A stretch of 64,000 nt of DNA from Macrostomum lignano (GCA_002269645.1 NIVC01001372.1:238742-302741); one strand, 5' to 3'. Counted from the first letter of the stretch, positions 27,693-40,072 are shown. Notes: generated from the sequence alone by a model not told the origin. Made by a program: numbers and translations.

Positions 27693-29104
27693 GCGCGGGT
27701 ACGTCCGGTCGAAGCGTGATGATTCCTGACGACGTTAATCCGAACATCCTGCCAACCAAGAACAATCCGCTATACAATACCACCGCCGTATTAGACAAGC
27801 TAGACAAATTTCCAATTCTAAAGATGCGTCGCGACGGCAAATATTATCTGAAGATGAAGGACATCGTGATTGAACGACATCCAAAAGTGAAGCGCAACAA
27901 GCGAGGCGACGTCATACCGACAATCAAGAAGGAAAAGATGGGCGCTATCGAGCGAGTGGTCAGCCGCTTCTGCGAGGACGTGCTCTGCATCAGTCGAGCC
28001 CAGTTTCTCCCGCTGACCTCTCAGGGAGAGCGGCACGTGGTTTGGGTTGGCAAGAAAAAGGCCAATCACATCATTCGCTACTTGAACGGCAATGGTTGCT
28101 ACGTTGTTAATCGTTTCCCTGGCGACATATTCGTCAAGGACAAGCAGGTGATGGGCATCATTCTGAGAGACCACATGCTTATGCGCAGTAACCACTGCTA
28201 TTGGAAGTGCGGTGTGCCGAAAGAGGACATCCTGAATCCCAAAACTCCCAACGAAGACGAAGAGGAGAATCCAATTACCTACCGGATTTGTCGCCACATG
28301 GTCAAAAGTATGCACATGGACGAAGAGGGCTGCGAGGACAAGGGCTGCTATAACTTTGAGAAGCACACCTGCAAGCATCTCGACGTTTTCATCCCGGAGG
28401 TTCAAAGCTTCTGTACGTACAACGCGCTGCAAGACTTCAGCAACCGTCTCGATGACGATCTCAAAGGCCAGACATTTATCTGCAAGCCGGCCTACCTTTA
28501 CAAAGGCTACGGTTTCCGGTTCTTCCGCACTGCCGCCGAATTCCAAGAATTCTACCACATGACCGAGGGCAAAGAGACGTCCAGGCACGACTTTATGGTG
28601 CAACGACTTGTGGATAAACCTTTCCTGTTCAACGGAAAGAAGGTGGACATTCGAGCTTTTCTGTTGGTTGTGGTACTTCGCTACCGTCGAGTGATCTCCT
28701 TCATCCACTACGGATTCTGCCGGGTGGCCAGCACCGAATTCGAGATCAACGAGGAGGAAGAAGAGCTCAACATCGAGGAGCCGATGACGGACAAGGAGAT
28801 AGAGAAAAAAAAGGCTGAGAACTACGAAAAGGACATGAAGATGTTCGTTTGCACCTACCGCACCGCCGAGGAGAAGGTTGAACGGGCCAGACGCATTGAC
28901 ACGCAAACGTTCTATGAAGAAGCGGACGATCGCTCCCAAGAGCTGCAGGCCGTCTTCCAGAAGGAAGAAGAGCTTCAGGGAGTCAAGGAGCAGATCAAGC
29001 ACATTGGACTCCGAATCAGCCAAGCTATCGAGAACAAAGTTTGGGATGCGTTCGGCTGCTTCCAGATCTTCGGACTCGATCTCTGCGTGGACGAGGATAT
29101 GAAG
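27693..29104 (+). CDS. TTLL10-like tubulin-tyrosine ligase family protein, exon 2 (ATP-grasp/TTL domain)
   Basis: Acceptor TTCTCACAG; motifs FICKP, VQRLVDKPFLFNGKKVDIRAFLLV, GFCRVA, FQIFGLDLCVDEDMK; donor AAG|GTGACT at 29105. Confidence 0.9.
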
Positions 29105-29193
29105 GTGACTTTGAAACTTTATTTTGTCAAATTTAACTGACTATACTCGTATTTAGGATTGGAAAGATGACCAGACTCGCCTCAAAATCTCAG

Positions 29194-29622
29194 GTGTGGC
29201 TCCTCGAGGTCAACAGTCACGCAATGAGCGACGTGGACACTCTGAGTCCAACGCAGCGCAAAGTTGTACCAGCAGTAATCATGGAGTCTCTCGGTCTAGT
29301 GGTGGAAACCACCTACAAATCCTTCCATCATCTGCGACTGCGCAAGAGTCCGACCAACGAGTTTGAGGAGACCGGCTTCCTGTTCAGACAGAACTACGAC
29401 TTCATCTTCAGCACTCTGGCCAAGAAGCGCATGGACTACGTGTGGCCCAAGCCGCCTAAGAAGCCTGATCCGCCATTCTACGAAAGAATCGGCGTTGTCG
29501 ACCAGCAGATCAAGAATGTCGACAGGCGCAAGAAGGCCTGTCTGGCTATGAAGATTGCCGTTCGCGAGGAGCAGCTGGCGCTGAAGCGAAAACGCAACGC
29601 CAAGGACGAGGAGGAGTCTTGA
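29194..29622 (+). CDS. TTLL10-like tubulin-tyrosine ligase family protein, exon 3
   Basis: Acceptor AAATCTCAG (phase 0) restores ...DEDMK|VWLLEVNS. VVPAVIMESLGLVVET resembles the TTLL10 C-terminal helix as I recall it. Stop at 29620-29622; AATAAA at 29815. Confidence 0.88.
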   Translation: MWLLEVNSHAMSDVDTLSPTQRKVVPAVIMESLGLVVETTYKSFHHLRLRKSPTNEFEETGFLFRQNYDFIFSTLAKKRMDYVWPKPPKKPDPPFYERIGVVDQQIKNVDRRKKACLAMKIAVREEQLALKRKRNAKDEEES

Positions 29623-32389
29623 ATGAATTTCGCTTTCAGACCAGAGCGATAACGCTCGCCTCATTTTAACTCTACAATGACAACTGCCGAGTGTTAATTT
29701 TTCTTCGTTTCTATTCGATGCTCGAGCTTACAAAGGTGAAGAGCACCCTGAGAGATGTCAGGTGGAATACCGAGAGCCTCGTATTCTCAACAGTGGCTCT
29801 ACTTGTCAAAGACGAATAAATATTTCATTTTGATTTTTCCCTACTTTCCAACGTTGAAAAGAAGAGTATTGAAAACTATCGCAGCGACTGTTGATTATTG
29901 TTCAATTACTATCTTGAATGTAGCTCTGAACACTAGAAAATTGTGCTGAAGTAAGCTTACATGATAAACTGTACGATACAAGGCGATTGTGATATCCTAC
30001 AAGGCTGGATATACTTAGTAGTACGTTTACATGTACATGTGCACTTTTAGCTAGAGTTAGAGGCACGGGCTCGTATGCACCCTGGCGCAATTTAAGCGAC
30101 ATTGTCACACAACCGGCGAGGAGCATTGCTGCTTATTCCACCGACTCCCCTGAGCAGGCACACGAACGCGCGTATACGTACGCAGTCATACGAGTACATG
30201 TACGCACAGGCACACACACGGGAGTGTACAGCGGCCCTAACTTTATTTTACAACTTATCTAGGCATGTAATATACACTTCACTGTGAATTGGGGTTAGGC
30301 CCTCAGGGGCGTTAATTGCACGAGCATCTTATGTATTTTAAGATTCCAACAATAATTTATGTGACTGCACTTGGAATAGAATTTGGGCCGCTGGCACAAA
30401 AGAGCGCCGCGGTGGTCCACGCCCCCCTAATAATGTGAACTTTCTAGTGCACTGTACATGCACTGTACATGTACATGTAAATTTCCCACGTTGCTCACCA
30501 AAATCATGCAAAGCATTGAAGTCCTACATTTCGTACTATACATGTACATGTACATGTTGCTGTTTTCCTTTGAAACCATTCGAGTATGTGTTGTGTTTTC
30601 CGCTTCCGTCCGTGCGGACCGCAGACGGGGGTGCTCGGGGTTCGGGTGCGGGACTGCCCAGAGCTTGCCGGGTGTGCTAGCGGGAGAGCAGCGACCCCGA
30701 GGCGTACGGACACTATAGTTCAGGCTGGAAGTGGAGGGGTGGGGAGCGTACGGACACTCGCACCCAGCCCTACGGACAATTCAAGAGACCATGCAGGTTT
30801 GGAGATGATGATGCTGCGAGCATGTAAGCCACTCAGCAGCACCAGAGAGGTCTCTGGAGCGTACACGGACACTAATTCACAGACTCGAGCGAACCGCGAT
30901 GGGAGGAAAAGAACTTCGAGATCTAGGACAAATTAATGAAAAGTACAGTAAACAATTAATGTCTTACCGGAAGGGGGATCACTGAACGCGCTCCTACAGG
31001 CATCTGTGGTTTTACCTTGTCACTATTTTTGTTCTGCTCAACTGTCACTGTATGATTTTCGCAGCAGAAAGTACTCGTACGAGAACGCATACGTGGCAGA
31101 GAGAGCAAGCAGGGATCGAGGGCGCTAGCTGAGCTGGCTTGGGTGGGGCTAAGCCGCGCAGGGCTGAGGGGTTTGGAGTTAAAGGGCGAGAGAGAAAGAA
31201 CGGGGAAGGCTGGCCAATCAGGTACTTCCGCGGCGGGAGCCTTGATATGCATGGACTAGCCCAAATGGAGAGAAATGAGAGCCGAAAATTGTTGGCCAGC
31301 CAAAATGAAAACGAGAAAAAAATGAATTAGAATTATGCATGGCAGCTTAATAGGACAGGGAGACCAGAAATGAACCATGCAGCAGCAGGGAGAGGAGGCG
31401 GAGAGCGCAGGGGTCGGGGGGCAAGGGCATTGTGGGGCTCAGGCGCAGCTCACAACACATAATATATGTACGTTGTGGCGGCCAGACTGCACGGTTGAGA
31501 GCGCTTCAACATGTAATTTCTGAATTTATGTGTACTACATGTACAGTACATGCTAAAATAATTTTCGCTAGTAATGCAGTCGGAAAAATAATTTGGTAAT
31601 GGGGAAGATTATTAGGGCCTTGCCAGTATTCATTTTCGAGACTTGCCAGACATGTAATAATACTGCTGGGTATTTTAATTTCTACAACAATTTTATCGCG
31701 GTTTTCTTGAGACAGTGAAACAGACAGACAGAAAAAACATGTTGTAAGTGTTGTTATTGTTGTAAAGAAGGAAAGCGAGCCGCACAACCAGGATTTCCAC
31801 TCAGCGCACAGCTTTAGGCTTTACAGTGGCTACTTAACGCAGGAACAATCAATGTTTTAGAATATTTTTTACGTAAAATACAGTACAGAGTTGTGAGAAG
31901 TGACATTTTCATTAATAAACGCTTATTTTGTATTCGTTGTTTCCAATGTACTCTGAGCTTGCGTCTTCATGAGTTAAAGCTGTTACTGTTTTTGATATAA
32001 CTAATTAGCTAATGATCGTATATTACCAAAAATTTAAAAAGAATTTTTTCTCAGAAAATTAGCACATGCATGATGCACGCATTAAGCAAGTTCCTCAACT
32101 TCCTCGTATATTTTTAAATCTTGTATTTATAACTACAAAGCGGATCTAACTTGCATCTAACCGAATATTTAAATTGAAACATTTGCTTCCATTTTTAATG
32201 CGTTTTGCGTTGCGCACTTATTCTATTGTGACTTGATACATTGCTTTGTACCAGCAGAAGTAGACGAAAGAGCAAGACGAGATCTATTGTTTTGAAGCAC
32301 AAGACAATGCTTTTATTGTAACAGACTTAAGTACATGTTTGTGCCTATAATCTATTTTCAACTGCTTTTTAACATAATCTGATGGCAGA

Positions 32390-32463
32390 ATGACTGATTC
32401 GTCAAACTTTGATAGTGTCTTAAAGCAGAGACTACAAAGTGAACTGAAAGAAAACTATTTTTG
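32390..32463 (+). CDS. TADA1: Transcriptional adapter 1 (SAGA Ada1), exon 1
   Basis: MTDSSNFDSVLKQRLQSELKENYF-TG|GTAAGT; phase 2 joins the exon at 40073. Confidence 0.7.
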
Positions 32464-32923
32464 GTAAGTTTTTCTCTCTGTTTTTTACTTGAGTTGGTTA
32501 GTTATTGTTGCAAAACTGTTTGTGAATTTTATTTCTAATTTTAATATCAAAAAATTTTTATACATTTATTATCATTTTAGTTCTATTGCAGCCTATAGTC
32601 AACCATAGTCCAGATCATTGCAGGTGTATGCCAGAATGAAAATTCATGTTTTTTTCATTTTTTTGCTAACATAAAACAAAAAAGTTTATGCCAAGACTAA
32701 AATTGTTTATATGCCATTTTTTTTCAATATATATTTTTAGAAATTCAAAACCTACTAAACTTAAAAAATAAAATGGCTGTTTTTGCCAAAAACTGAAATT
32801 ATTTGTTTTAATTTTGATTTTCTTGTGATTGTGTTAATATTGTCTATTTTAGTTTCCAATTATTTTTAAACAGCTTTCAATGTTAATTGATACTTAACTA
32901 CACAATATTACATTAGCCTTGAA

Positions 32924-33335
32924 CCAGGATGGAATTTTTGTACAAAATCCTGGATGCATTCTGTGCATGCTAACAAAAACTTGCATACTTGTGTGCATAT
33001 TTCTAGCAAACTTGTGCAACTTTAAAAAGCTTATGTGCGCAGTGCGCGCAGCTTAATATTCTAAGAAACCTTGCATAATTTCATTTAAATTTTGAATATT
33101 GCACTTGTTACAGTAAAACAAAGTTATTGCATTTTTAAAAACAAAGACACGAGGAACAACATTAAACTAAAAAGAATAATATTATTTATTTTTTAATATT
33201 TATTTATTTATTTATTTATTTATAAGATTTAATAAAACATCGTTAAAAGTTGTGCATTTATGGGTAAAAAACTTACACAAAAAAATTGCGTGTAACTTTT
33301 TGTTCCAAACTTGTCATGCAAAGATTCTATCCTGG
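32924..33335. mobile_element. 412-bp non-autonomous DNA transposon (MITE) with 12-bp TIRs and 8-bp TSD (hAT- or P-like)
   Basis: CCAGGATGGAAT at 32924-32935 and ATTCTATCCTGG at 33324-33335 (11/12 inverted match); GCCTTGAA flanks both sides (32916-32923, 33336-33343). Confidence 0.85.
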
Positions 33336-34459
33336 GCCTTGAACTTGGCTATTTTTTGTATACCGACTGTGTATACTACTCATTTTGAACCTGAAAATTT
33401 GATACACTAAGTGTATGCCAAGATTGTCAGTGAGAGCAAGAATATACCAGAAAATTCGGACGTAAAGGCTACTTTCTGGACTATGGTAGTCGTATAGACA
33501 AAGTGTATGGTTTTAAAAATAATTTTTGTCTTTGTTATGGCATGACATAAAGACATTTGAATATTTAGTTAGTATAACTTAAGTAAGTTAATAATAATTA
33601 AAGCTCTATTAAGTATTGCTTTACAAACTCAAATTTATAATATAGATATACTAAATTACCTTACTATTTTTATTATTAGACATAGCTTTGTTTATATGTT
33701 ACCTAGAAAAAACTATATTAAAGAAAGAAGTCTATATATATTTTTGAGCTATTTTAAATTTGAATAATCTTGATTAAACTAAATCTAGTAAGAGCTTAAT
33801 ATGAGCCAACAATAGAAGTACAAAATACAAATTTTAACTAAAGTACAAAGAAATCAATTTGATGATAAACTTATTGAATCATTAAATCAGATAAGTCAAC
33901 TGGGCTTTCTTCTTGTTTTTTTGCCATTGAACAATGCTACAAGTAAAAGCTCTTATGTGCAAGTAGCCCTTATCTAGATAATGGTATGTGGTCTAAAGCT
34001 TCAAGAGCTGCAACTTGCTAAAAATATTTGGCACCAAATAAAGGCATAGTAATAATTTAGATAATGAGGCATTTTGCATTAATAAGGCAGTCATGATTAC
34101 TCATGCTATTTACCCAAAAACTGTTTTATGCTAGAACATTATCTGCCTTGATTCCAACTACAATATGATACTACAAGTACAAGTGTAGAAAGTTCTGAAA
34201 TTGCAATGGACAGTTGGATGCCTTTTGTCTATTTATTCCAATAGAGGCAGACCTTCAATCATTCAACCTTTAGTTCAAGCTTTTTTTTAGCAAATACATT
34301 TGCTATTCAAGTTGGTGCTGTTGTGGCAAACAAAAAACATGAAATGCTATAGGATGATGCTAGCTTGCCATAGAAGAGCTCCTTAAAGAGGCTTTGAAAA
34401 TATAAAGCATTTTTTTAAATGGTGCATATATTTAAGAAATAATTCAGACACTTGCAAAT

Positions 34460-35065
34460 TACGAGGGCAAGCAGATATCAAAAAGTAGAATGTGACACAT
34501 TAATCAGCATCCCAATCTGATCTTTCAATGTAATTGCCACTAATTTCTATATGCACATTTGCATGCGCTGCAGCCAGCTATCAAAGCAACCCCTAAAATC
34601 AGCTTTTTCAATGGAGTTGAGCTGCTCATTCACAGCAGAAATCAGCTCATCATGAGACTCAAACTTTCCACGCAGCAGCTGCTTGATTTTCAGAAATAAC
34701 TAGAAATCGCATGGCACCAGATCTGGTGAATAAGGTGGAGCACTCAGCAGCTTGATGCCATAAGCATGAACTATGTTGTTTGCTGTGTGTGCAAGTGCAT
34801 TGTCGTGATACAGGAAGTAGCAGCATAGCTCAGCTTTGCCGCAGCCAGCTGCGATGGAATTGAACACAATTGACAAGCAGCTGGTCATGTACCAAACAGA
34901 GGTCTTAGTGTGGCCTTGCTCAACAGGCACTGAGGCTACGATGCCTCTGGGCAAGAAGAAAATTGTGAACATGATTTTCCCAGCGGACCTCACCTGCTTC
35001 ACTTTTTGGGGAGGTGGGGCTCCTTTCAGTGACCAAACCATTGACTGTGATTTAGTTGGCAGGCC
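34460..35065 (-). pseudogene. Decayed, 5'-truncated mariner (Tc1/mariner) transposase with one terminal remnant
   Basis: Motifs PTKSQSMVW, SAGKIMFTIF, HDNA, PPYSPDLVPCDF, then in-frame TAG, then LFLKIKQLLRGKF...CFDSWLQRMQMCI and a second stop; TA+CGAGGG terminus at 34460-34467. Confidence 0.9.
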
Positions 35066-35641
35066 ATTATTATTATTCATTAATTCTACTAGTCTGGTTT
35101 ATTGGCATTTTTTTATTTTAGTATTAGTTTATCTACTACTACTAACTATTTAAGTATTAGCATTAGCCATTAGATTTAGGCATAGGCAGTAGCATGATTA
35201 TGATTTTTATTTAGCTAACAGCTATTACAAATTAACAAGACTCAAGACTGATTGATTCTAATCTAAATGGTTATGATATTATTATAACTAGCAGGCTAGG
35301 CACTAGCTAGTCATTGAGACATGTCATTGAAATTAAGTAACAATTTGAATCAATTTGAAAATGCATACAAAACCCAAATCCTATTTCAAAACAACAAATA
35401 TTATATATATTGCAATGAAAATTGTAAAAAGGAAAAATGAATTCTTTGAAAATTCATGAATTTCAACTTTTCACAAAAGAAATGTTTGAATTTTTGTAAT
35501 TTTCCTAATTTTACACAATTTAATATAAGTATTGTAGAATTAGGTTAACTACTATAAGATTACTTAGTTGCACTAAGTGAGCAACTTTACTATGAGACTG
35601 CTAGAAAGTGAGCAAGGTTGCTAGTCATGCTTGGCACTTGG

Positions 35642-35792
35642 GTGCAACCTAGGGATTCACCTGGCCATTTCTATTGGCAACACATATAAGTTGCTATTAG
35701 ATAGAATAGTAATCATGTGATTGCTCTTAGCCAATAGCGACTTATATGTGTGTTGCCAATAGAAATGGCTGGGTGATTCCCAAGGTTGTGCA
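35642..35792. mobile_element. ~150-bp imperfect palindrome (foldback/MITE-like)
   Basis: GCCATTTCTATTGGCAACAC-ATATAAGTTGCTATT is mirrored by AATAGCGACTTATATGTGTGTTGCCAATAGAAATGGC around a centre AATCATGTGATT. Confidence 0.8.
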
Positions 35793-36949
35793 TGTATGTT
35801 GCCAGTATATTTTGTTAATGAGCTGGGGCTCTTTCCTGCTGGGGCAAAAATAGTATAAAGTGTATATAAGTGAACTATAGCAATCAGAATATAGAATAGA
35901 AAACAATTAGAATACATTAGAGTACTTAGAGTACTTAGAATTTTCACATTCATAATTGAGACTAGCAGAATTTCTATTTTGTAAACTGCAATATTTTAAG
36001 TGCACTTTTAAAAATGTGCATATTTGCATTTTTATATAATTTTGTGACACATTTTGTTTTAAAGTTTTGTTGCATAATCACATTTTTAGCTCAATGGCAT
36101 TTTCTGCAATTTTACTATCTTGGGCTAGTTATACTAGCAGTGAATTTGAAATCTTCTAGCTCTTAGCTTATTCTAGTATAGACAAAGCATTTATTTAGTT
36201 AAAAAATACAAATAATTGTTAAGCTATTTAATTAAAATTTTACATTTTATAATTGCTGCTACAACAGTTATAATGCTTATCAAAGTTGCTAATATAATGT
36301 GCTTTAATTTAATTTTCATTTGTTTAATTAACTTCAACTTCAACTCTCAGTCTTGAGTATTCCCTGGATCAGAGGGTCATGGCTTACTCTCTGGTAGGTT
36401 TACTGCCCTGAGTTGGATTCTCAGATCCTGGTCTAAATGTTCTTACCCTTTGGTAGGTATTCTGCTTTCTAAGGTGATTTCTCAGACTCTAAGTCTGGAG
36501 GTCTTGTTCTTTAAGAAGACTTGAAGACTTAAGATAACTTGTTCTTTCTCCCATTTCTGGGGTGTTTCCCAGGTCACTATCTACTACTCAAAAATAAGTA
36601 ATGTAAGAGCAAATGCTAAGCCTAATTGATTTTGTCTCCAAACAGAATAATTGGATCAAATGAAACAATGCTTAAGTGAATGAGTCAAAAAAGAAAAACA
36701 TTTTATTTTTCTTAGCCTTTGGCTGGCTTCCTTTTATATTGAACATTTTCTTACTTATTTAAAACAAACAGTGATATATTTGCATAATATAACAACATAG
36801 CAGTATCTTAAAATGCAACTTTATAAGAAAATAGTTTTACAATGTTTAAAAATATGTTTGAATATATTTAAAAAATAGACAACAATTTGAATAGATCATA
36901 CAATGATACAAGCATACAAATATAAACATTTGAATACAAACTAAGACAC

Positions 36950-37900
36950 CAAAAATTGTAGGTCAAAAATAATGGATACAGTGTTCTTAAGACATTGGTT
37001 TAGTATAGAGCCATAGAGATTAGCTATCCTTGCTTCTTATAAAGTAGATTTGCAATTTTATAGAAGCCAAGGTTTAGTAGAAGTAATTGATTTTGTCCAA
37101 TTGCTAGACAATGCTACCAAGCCATGTGTTAGAAAAGTACTCACATAATACATGTAGCTGTTTATTTTAGGTTGTCTACTGCTATTCAAATTGTCTACTC
37201 AAATTTGCTTGCAAATAGTGAAAGTAATATAGCCACGATGCTTCACATTAAAGAATATAGGCTAGTGGTATCTGCTTTATAGGCTTATTCTGATGAATGT
37301 AACCATGAAAGATATATAGCTTGTAGCTATAGAAACAGTTCCTTCACAACAAAAAAGGTTGAATTATTGCTGAACCACTCTGCAATATTCTAGCGGCTGT
37401 ATACTTAATTGACATTGGCTAGCAAATGTAATGGTATTTGCCACTCTCTTCATGTAGACCCTCACTTTGTAAAAGTTATTTGGCAATGCATTTTCTTGAA
37501 GTTGAAATTCCTAATCTTGTGACTCTTTGGGATGCTGTGGAGCTTGGGCTTAATTTACTGCTTTTGATAGCACTTCCACTGTTAGCACCTAAGGCAGAAT
37601 TTTTCAGCTGTCTTTGTTTTGTAGAAGAACTTGTTCTGCAATTGCAGCAGCAAGTCTAAAGAGCTTCTCCTGAACTTGGTTGCATGTTTCTCAAACAATC
37701 AATTGGCATATTGATAGTTGCCTGACTAGGCATTGGCAACAAGTATGCTTGTTCTTACCACTAATGTATATTCCATTTGCCTCAACATAGCTGAGGCAGT
37801 ACATTTAGTGTGACATTTCTAACTGTGCATCTCCAATATATCTGGCTCCATGGCTGAACTGTTGACTATAACTAAAGCTATTGGAGCATATTAGAATATC
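36950..37900 (-). pseudogene. Decayed FLYWCH + MULE (Mutator-like) transposase remnant
   Basis: Manual minus-strand translation across frameshifts: IYWRCTVRN..C (about 37841-37800), EWFSNNSTFFVVKELFL*, KLYIFHGYIH..QIPLAYIL, LCEYFSNTWLG; these resemble the MULE motifs W..DGTF..VP.LF.QLY.IHG, PLVY.L and YF..TW. Confidence 0.5.
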
Positions 37901-38699
37901 CTTCTCATTCTTAGAAGCTTGGGGAATAAGAATCCAATATACTAATAAAGTCTAGACTTAACCTGCTATGGTGAAATTGTGATTAGACACCTTTATCCAT
38001 GGATAAGGATAAAGCCTTTTTATTGGCTCATCATTTTACTGTTGCTCTACTACAATCTATTGCTATTGTTGTTGTTTTTGTTGTTATTGTTTATGATGCT
38101 TTGGTGCTGCCTTGATCATCCTTCTGCTTCTATCTCATTTTTCACCATTCCCATTTAGGCTTCTGTCTTGCATAGGTCTATAAGCTCCATCAATAGGATG
38201 CATCTGCACTCTCCTTCCATCATTGGACAGCCCGTATCCATCTGATCATACATGCACAACCTCTGAAATTATGCTGGCCATGCGACTTGGTTTGCGAAAA
38301 AAAATGTGACTTACCTATGAAAGAAAGCTAAGCAAAATAAATTTACTTTTGGGTAAAAGCAGGAGTCCTAATCCTCTTGTGATATCTAATCCTTTTTGTG
38401 ACTTAGTTTCTCTTTTTCTAGAGTCTAGTGTTCTAGTGTCTGCCCCCGTTCTCATCCTCTTGAAGCTGACATCTTGCTATCTGTTCTTGAACCATGGGTC
38501 TTTACTCCTCCTTTTGCACTATCCATATGTCTTTTCAACCCTGCTATCGCCGTGCTCCCATTGCTTCACCTTCACCTCCTTGTTTATCCTCTTCACCTTC
38601 TAGCCAGCACTCCCACTCCTTCCATTTCTCAGCCACCACATCTCCCACTAACTAGTCCACTGCCTCATTCTTACTATCAAATAGCAATTTGCAATCAAA

Positions 38700-39580
38700 G
38701 AAGGCAACCTACTGAATAGTTTGCGGATCCATTTGCTTCAGTGGATTGAGAACCTAGCAGGCCTGTAAGAATTTCTTGTTGAATGGAAGGTACTCCTGCA
38801 GATTGGCAGTGCCATTGGCAAAAAAGGCATGGACAGATCTTCTGATTGACAGTGATGTTGTTGAATAGGCATCTAGTAGGCTTGTCAATGCTGAGCTAGT
38901 AAGGTGACAGCTAAATGGAAATATTTGTTTTGTCAACCTTCCAGAATTTGGTTGGCAGGCATCCCAATTGAGTCAAATAAATCAAAGGAGCCATTGCTTC
39001 ATGATTTCAAGAAGTTCACAATATAGCTAGTGTATATGGTAACCTTGTTGCTAGAATAGAAGTTCAAATTGCTGCAAAGGTTTCAGCACTTCTGCTAGAA
39101 AATGAAAAAAGAATTCTGCTATAGGGTCCAGCAGTGCTGCTTTAAGGCCTGCAAACTTGGGGGCCAATTAACTTAGCTTCACTGAAGTATCATACAAGTG
39201 GTTTGAACATGTTGACAATGCACTTCATCGCAAGTAAAACCTGTAGCCAATGTGTTTCCACTGGACAATGGAGGACCAACTTTTTGATACTGTCAAACTC
39301 AGTGCTGGTGTCCAAAAGACAGTCTTACTCACTAGCATGATATTTAAAATGGCAGTATATGTCACATAAGACCTACTCCTTGGCCTAGCTTGGATTCACT
39401 GCAAGAGTAGTTTCCTACATTGTGAAGCCAAATTCTTTCTTAAGGTGTATCCACTTACCAAATAAACAGGTAAGACAAATGGTAAAGAATGTCAAAAATT
39501 GCCAAACAGTTATTAACTTTGCCATTACCATTGGCTAGGTCAGCACTTGTGCATGTATGGTTCCATGTATTGCGAGTACA
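38700..39580 (-). pseudogene. Decayed hAT-superfamily transposase remnant
   Basis: Manual translation: DILYHL, KLVLHCPVETHWL (cf. L.H..TRWLS), FFFHFLAEVLKPLQQFELLF*QQGYHIH*LYCELL, LQEYLPFNKKFL; multiple stops and frameshifts. Confidence 0.45.
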
Positions 39581-40072
39581 TCTTCCATAGGGGTTCATCA
39601 TTTTAACTTCTAATTGATTTGTGTTACCATTTATTCAGTTTTTTGACTAAGATAGTAGTTGTTTTTTCACTATACAATCTAGTAAATATGGACATAAACT
39701 TTTGAAAAAATATATTTGAATTTATACAATGAAGCAAACACTAGCAAATACTTTGTATAATTGCAATAATAAATGTGGCTTTAATTACTATTTTTGTTGA
39801 TCTTTACTATGTTCATATTAGTGTATTGTCAAGCTTATTTTGGTCAAGGTTAAAAGTATTCCACATGTAAACAAGTTCTTATTGTCATTATGTATGCTAT
39901 GCTATGACACATTTACTTCAATTTTGGCATTCTATATTCAGACCCAGAATACCAAATCGCTCTTGTAATTCTAATACTTAAATTTTCATTCTTTTTTCAA
40001 TGAGCTCTGTTTTTAGAGTTGGAAAACAGCCTTTTGTGTGTAATACTTAAAACTGAATTTTCCACAACTCAG

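Noticed and set aside
26352-29664. Minus-strand ORFs overlapping the TTLL gene (231, 175, 401, 122 aa and others)
   Set aside because: Antisense shadows of a GC3-rich coding sequence; no motifs.
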